A program made the position numbers and the translations under genes. From the NCBI GenBank assembly GCA_049432165.1, contig JBMTDQ010000004.1:1401-65400 (forward strand): DNA of 64,000 nt, read 5' to 3'. Shown here in pieces: positions 59,516 to 64,000 of this stretch (position 1 is the stretch's first letter; every line of letters begins with the position of its first letter). The notes beneath the pieces are model-generated. The model saw only the letters and a program-made list of their open reading frames with translations, was not told the DNA's origin and made no database searches. The stretch is from Ilumatobacteraceae bacterium. Lineage in GTDB: Bacteria; Actinomycetota; Acidimicrobiia; Acidimicrobiales; Ilumatobacteraceae.

Positions 59516-60835
59516 ATGTCTGACAACGCAAAGAAACTCGGTTTTGACACTCGCCAGATTCATGTTGGGGGAGACCCAGACCCGACGACCGGTGCCCGCG
59601 CCGTGCCGATCTATCAAACAACGTCGTATGAGTTCCGTGATGCTGAGCATGCGGCAAATCTGTTTGCACTCGCAGAGGTGGGAAATATCTACACCCGCAT
59701 CATGAACCCGACGCAGGCGGCGCTAGAGGCCCGACTCAACGACCTTGAGGGTGGATGCATGACAGCAATCGGAATTCCGGGTGCGCTTGCGACAGCATCC
59801 GGGCAGGCTGCCGAGACGCTTGCGATTCTCACCGTGGTCGAAGCAGGACATCACATTGTTGCCTCGCCATCGCTGTATGGCGGTTCGTACAACCTGTTGC
59901 ACTACACCCTGCCCAAGATGGGTATTGACGTCACCTTCGTTGAGGATCCACACAATCTCGACCACTGGCGGGCTGCTGTTCGCGATAACACCAGGTTGTT
60001 CTATGGCGAGGTTCTGCCAAACCCGAAGAACGACATGTTCGACATTGAAGGTGTCTCTGGGGTTGCGCATGCCGAAGGAATCCCACTAATGGTCGACAAC
60101 ACCGTTGCCACTCCTTATCTCGTTCGCCCGTTGGAGTGGGGTGCCGACATCGTTGTGCACTCGCTGACCAAGTTCATGGGTGGCCACGGAACGTCAGTTG
60201 CTGGTGGAATTGTTGATGGCGGAACGTTTGACTACGCGGCCTCAGGCCGGTTTTCAAACTTCACTGAGCCCGACCCGAGTTATCACGGCCTTGCGTATTT
60301 CCCGGCTCTCGGCCATGGCGCAATGATTCTTAAAGCCCGTGTCCAGATGCTTCGTGACCTCGGAATGGCGATTTCACCATTCAACGCGTTCATGATCCTG
60401 CAGGGAATGGAGACGCTAAGTCTTCGCATGGAACGCCACTTCTCGAACGCCCAAGCGGTCGCTGAGTTCCTTGATGCTCACCCTCAAGTTGAGTCGGTGA
60501 ACTATGCCGGGCTCGCCTCGAGCGAATGGAACGAGCGTGCAACCCGTCTGGGTGGGGGCCGTGGTTATGGTTCGGTGCTTGCCTTTGAGATCAAGGGTGG
60601 TCTCGAGGCTGGCAAGAAGTTCGTTGAGGGCCTTGATTTGCACAGCCATGTTGCAAACATTGGAGATGCACGAAGCCTTGTGATTCATCCAGCGAGCACA
60701 ACCCACTCGCAGCTCAGCGCTGAGGAGCAGGCAGCGAGTTCGGTGACCCCAGGGCTCATCCGGCTCTCGGTCGGGCTCGAGAGCATTGAGGACATTCTCG
60801 ACGACTTAAGCGCTGGTTTTGCTGCTGCGTCGTAA
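59516..60835 (+). CDS. metY: O-acetylhomoserine aminocarboxypropyltransferase (sulfhydrylase)
   Basis: Cys/Met-metabolism PLP family: TTSYEF, the PLP lysine in HSLTKFMGGHG, and LIRLSVGLE. Confidence 0.93.
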   Translation: MSDNAKKLGFDTRQIHVGGDPDPTTGARAVPIYQTTSYEFRDAEHAANLFALAEVGNIYTRIMNPTQAALEARLNDLEGGCMTAIGIPGALATASGQAAETLAILTVVEAGHHIVASPSLYGGSYNLLHYTLPKMGIDVTFVEDPHNLDHWRAAVRDNTRLFYGEVLPNPKNDMFDIEGVSGVAHAEGIPLMVDNTVATPYLVRPLEWGADIVVHSLTKFMGGHGTSVAGGIVDGGTFDYAASGRFSNFTEPDPSYHGLAYFPALGHGAMILKARVQMLRDLGMAISPFNAFMILQGMETLSLRMERHFSNAQAVAEFLDAHPQVESVNYAGLASSEWNERATRLGGGRGYGSVLAFEIKGGLEAGKKFVEGLDLHSHVANIGDARSLVIHPASTTHSQLSAEEQAASSVTPGLIRLSVGLESIEDILDDLSAGFAAAS

Positions 60836-60850
60836 ATTGAGGGGAGGCGA

Positions 60851-63175
60851 TCACTGGGTGCTCATCCCGGCGCGCCACATTCCTTCCTCAACTAAAAGTT
60901 TGATCGCTGGATCAGGTTCTGACTTGCGCTCAAGCGTCACACCAGAGATTGCAGCCGTGCATCGGTAGTCATGCGGGTACGGGCCAACGGCTGAGCCAGT
61001 ATCGATGCCAACGTCGAACGTTTCGCCGCTCATCGAGTAGACGAGTGGAACGGTGCGCTCAATTCGGGCGCCGGCTACGACGGTGCCATCGACGCTCATC
61101 ACGATGTCGCCGCCGGCCCCGAAGCCGCCGTCGTAGCCAAAGTCGACGACGATGATGTGCGGTCCGCTCGCCAAGGCGCTGCCGCTGATGGTCGTGATGT
61201 CATGGCCAAAACAGTTGTAGGTGAAGTGTGGACTGTTCTCTCGGAGCCACATCGACCATCCGGACATGTTTCCGCCCTGGCAAGCGATAACTCCCTCGTC
61301 ACCATCGTTGACGGTGATCTCCCCGGTGATTCGCCATGAACAATTCTTCAGATTGATCACCGACGACTCAGGCATTCTGACGTGTGAGGTCGAATAGGTC
61401 ATCGAAGTTGTACTTCCGAGCGAGTGAGGCACCGCAAGATCTCCATTTCGCGGCGATCCAGCATCACGCAGTGGATAGACGCCGAGACGACGAGCCTCAG
61501 TATCGAAGAGTTCCTTCAGCTCGGCTAGGCGTTCTGGGTGTTCTGCGGCAAGATCGACTGATTGTGAGTAGTCGTTTGTGACGTCGTAGAGCTCCCATTT
61601 CTCGTCGGGGCCATCAAATTCGTACGCCTGCATCCTGATCCACGGCACTCGACCATGGAAGCATGAGGCGATCCAGCCATCGTGGTAGATGGCACGATTG
61701 CCGAGGATCTCGAAGTACTGGGTTGTACGAGCGCTCTCGCCATCTGCATCAAAGGTGTAATTCATAGGCACACCATCGAGACTCATTTGATCGATGCCGT
61801 TCACCTTGGTGGGCGGGGTGATGCCGGAAGCGGCATAAATCGTTGGAGCGATATCAACCACGTGATGAAACTGCGACCGAACGCCACCGGCATCGGAAAT
61901 ACTGTTGGGCCACGAGATTGCTAGCCCGTTTCGAGTACCACCGAAATGTGAGGCAACTTGTTTCATCCATTGGAAAGGGGAGTCAAGCGCCCATGCCCAA
62001 CCCACATTGAAGTGGTTCTCGCAGCGAGCGGTCCCGAAGTCGTCAATATGCTCGAGCAGCCACTCAGGGTCCTCGTGTACACCGTTCTGGAACGACGGAG
62101 CGCTCCACGCACCGTGGATCGTTCCCTCGGCTGAGGCACCGTTATCGCCGGTGAGATAAATGATGAGCGTTTCAGTTCCGTGGCGTTCATCAAGCCTGCG
62201 TGTTGCGTTGATCACTCGTCCGATGTGGTGATCGGTATGGGCGAGAAATCCCGCGAAGCACTCCATGAGCCGAGTAGCAACAGGGCGGTAGCGCTCTGGG
62301 TAGTCCTCCCATGCTGGGATTTGCTCGGGCCGCGGGGTGTTGACTGAACCAGGAGGAATCACGCCGAGTTGAAGTTGACGGGCGTAGATCTCGTCTCGTA
62401 ACGCATCCCAACCTGCGTCGAATTGACCAGCAAACCGGTCGATCCATTCGGGTGGTGCATGATGTGGGGCGTGGACCGCTGGAGTGGAGAAGTAGCAAAA
62501 CCACGGTCGATCAGGGGTAGATGCTCGTTGTCGTTCAAGCCATTCGATTGCGTGGTCAGCGAGGTCTTCGGTGAGGTGATAATCAGGGCGACCGACATGG
62601 GGTGACACTGGGGTGGTTTGGTCGTAGACGGCAGGCTCCCACTGAGATGCTTCCGCTCCAATGATGCCGTAGAACCGATCGAAACCGAGACCGGTTGGCC
62701 AGCGGTCGAACGGACCTGATGGGCTCTGCTCCCACGAGGGTGCGAGGTGCCATTTTCCGAAGCACGAGGTCGAATACCCAGACATGCGAAGGACTTCTGC
62801 GACTGACCCGGCCTCTCGGGGAATTGCAGAGTCGTAACCCGGATACGAGTTCGCAATTTCGGTGATTCCACCCATGTGTACCCGATGGTGCTGCCGGCCG
62901 GTGAGAAGTGCGGCGCGAGTGGGGGAGCACAACGCGGTGGTGTGGAACTGGTTATATGTCAGCCCGTTATCTGCAACGCTCTGCAGTGCGGGTGACGGAA
63001 CCGGTCCACCGAATGTCGACATCGAACCAAACCCGACGTCGTCGAGCATGATGAGGAGCACATTTGGGGCACCATCGGGGGCTGTGCGTTGGCTGAATGA
63101 TGCAGGGGTTGAGTCCGAGAGCAGTCGTTCAATGTTGCCCTCAAACGGTTGTGAGGAATGCGGTAGGTGCGTCAT
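60851..63175 (-). CDS. arylsulfatase (formylglycine-dependent, AtsA-like long form)
   Basis: LIMLDDVGFG and the formylglycine motif CSPTRAALLTGR. Also GKWHL and a C-terminal domain of about 250 aa. The ATG at 63175 lies 4 nt after the upstream stop. Confidence 0.88.
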   Translation of the reverse strand: MTHLPHSSQPFEGNIERLLSDSTPASFSQRTAPDGAPNVLLIMLDDVGFGSMSTFGGPVPSPALQSVADNGLTYNQFHTTALCSPTRAALLTGRQHHRVHMGGITEIANSYPGYDSAIPREAGSVAEVLRMSGYSTSCFGKWHLAPSWEQSPSGPFDRWPTGLGFDRFYGIIGAEASQWEPAVYDQTTPVSPHVGRPDYHLTEDLADHAIEWLERQRASTPDRPWFCYFSTPAVHAPHHAPPEWIDRFAGQFDAGWDALRDEIYARQLQLGVIPPGSVNTPRPEQIPAWEDYPERYRPVATRLMECFAGFLAHTDHHIGRVINATRRLDERHGTETLIIYLTGDNGASAEGTIHGAWSAPSFQNGVHEDPEWLLEHIDDFGTARCENHFNVGWAWALDSPFQWMKQVASHFGGTRNGLAISWPNSISDAGGVRSQFHHVVDIAPTIYAASGITPPTKVNGIDQMSLDGVPMNYTFDADGESARTTQYFEILGNRAIYHDGWIASCFHGRVPWIRMQAYEFDGPDEKWELYDVTNDYSQSVDLAAEHPERLAELKELFDTEARRLGVYPLRDAGSPRNGDLAVPHSLGSTTSMTYSTSHVRMPESSVINLKNCSWRITGEITVNDGDEGVIACQGGNMSGWSMWLRENSPHFTYNCFGHDITTISGSALASGPHIIVVDFGYDGGFGAGGDIVMSVDGTVVAGARIERTVPLVYSMSGETFDVGIDTGSAVGPYPHDYRCTAAISGVTLERKSEPDPAIKLLVEEGMWRAGMSTQ

Positions 63176-63179
63176 CGGA

Positions 63180-64000
63180 TCACGACCCGAATGCTGGGTG
63201 ATCGAGTGCTCCGAAGGCGGCCAGTACGGCTGTGGACTCACCATCGATTGTCACATCGCCACAATTGATTGCTTCGGTAAGTGTTGTTGAACCCGTGAGG
63301 AGGGCATCCCAGGTCGCCCGATTACACGACAGCGAATGTGAGGCGGTCACGCCATCGGTTGGGCACAAAATGTGGTTGCGGAAGTGAAGTCCGCAGCGCT
63401 CATCATCGACCTGAAGTGCGACATGGCAGTTGATTCCTGTCAGTTTCTCCGGCTCGATCATTACTCGAAGCACGCCCGCCGAAGTAGCGAGGTCCCAGTT
63501 AGCGACCTGGCGCCGTCCGAGTCGGTGTGTCCGGTGACGCGACATGTCGATTGAGCCCTCGACATCGAGTGCTTTGGTGATGCACCAATTTCGCACATTG
63601 GCACTCGGTGTTCGCCGGGCCGCGGTACGAAGTGCGTTAGCGAGGAGCCCGCGATCTTCGTCGGTGGCGTCGTCGTGATGAGCAAGTTGAGCAGCGAGGT
63701 AGATCCCCCAGCGGAGATCGTTAGAGATGGCTGTTTTGCATCGTTCTCGAACTGCTTCTGGGCCGCCCATTGCTTCTATGAGATGTGCTGCGTGATCATT
63801 AGTGTCGAGAGGAAGGATGTTGGCAGGGTCACCGTCGAAGAACCCAAACAGACCGTTTCGAATTTGGCGCGCATGGTGTTCTGCGATGCCATAGTGCTGC
63901 TGGGTGAGCCAATCGTCACCGAACAGCGATGGCAGTTGAACACGGTGGGCTAGCTCGGCCGAGGTTGCGCCACGGTTTGTCCATCGCACGGTCTGGTCCC
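63180..64000 (-). CDS. alkyl/aryl-sulfatase (metallo-beta-lactamase type, SdsA1/BDS1-like), C-terminal part only
   Basis: The frame stays open to the window edge. Only the helical dimerisation region and the SCP2-like C-terminal domain (...LTEAINCGDVTIDGESTAVLAAFGALD) are visible. The MBL domain would lie outside the window. Confidence 0.7.
   Translation of the reverse strand, partial: DQTVRWTNRGATSAELAHRVQLPSLFGDDWLTQQHYGIAEHHARQIRNGLFGFFDGDPANILPLDTNDHAAHLIEAMGGPEAVRERCKTAISNDLRWGIYLAAQLAHHDDATDEDRGLLANALRTAARRTPSANVRNWCITKALDVEGSIDMSRHRTHRLGRRQVANWDLATSAGVLRVMIEPEKLTGINCHVALQVDDERCGLHFRNHILCPTDGVTASHSLSCNRATWDALLTGSTTLTEAINCGDVTIDGESTAVLAAFGALDHPAFGS

Overview
This window is a very compact, moderately high-GC core chromosomal segment. 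By my own gene calls about 96% is coding, and several convergent genes overlap at their 3' ends. I call 64 confident protein genes plus two speculative mini-ORFs and one tRNA-Leu(UAG). I found no rRNA, CRISPR array, transposase, phage or integrative-element genes.

Gene order looks actinobacterial, as I recall it from Mycobacterium and Streptomyces. The blocks are comM-dprA-xerC-whiG-M23-rpsB-tsf-pyrH-frr-cdsA-dxr-rip1-ispG, cysM...murI-rph-rdgB, and gatCAB-ilvD...ilvBNC. The tiny intergenic gaps suggest a streamlined lineage such as Acidimicrobiia, but that is inference only.

The remaining genes are metabolic or housekeeping:
- Peptidases and proteases: M20 peptidase, PepA, an orphan ClpP, an M48 protease.
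- Central and CoA metabolism: malic enzyme, the methylmalonyl-CoA mutase catalytic chain, thiolase, a thioesterase-Mcl-CitE-like operon.
- Sulfur and amino-acid metabolism: a rhodanese-ThiF enzyme, CysM, two tandem fold-type-II PLP enzymes, MetY.
- Transport and membrane: a heterodimeric ABC exporter, a Na/Pi-PhoU pair, Lgt.
- Others: a Sir2 deacylase, and two sulfatases of different mechanistic classes.

I cannot point to a clear defence or mobile system. The best leads are modest:
1. The longest non-coding gap (1378-1694) holds either a Cys-rich mini-ORF or a palindrome-rich element.
2. An unassigned tandem pair of atypical PLP enzymes lies at 26496-29282.
3. A thioesterase/malyl-CoA-lyase/CitE-like module lies at 43874-46244.
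4. A rhodanese-ThiF enzyme with inverted domain order sits near a CysO-type CysM that lacks its mec/cysO partners.
5. An ilvBNC leader-peptide attenuator lies at 55710-55970.

All functional calls rest on motif and family recognition by eye. No database search was run.
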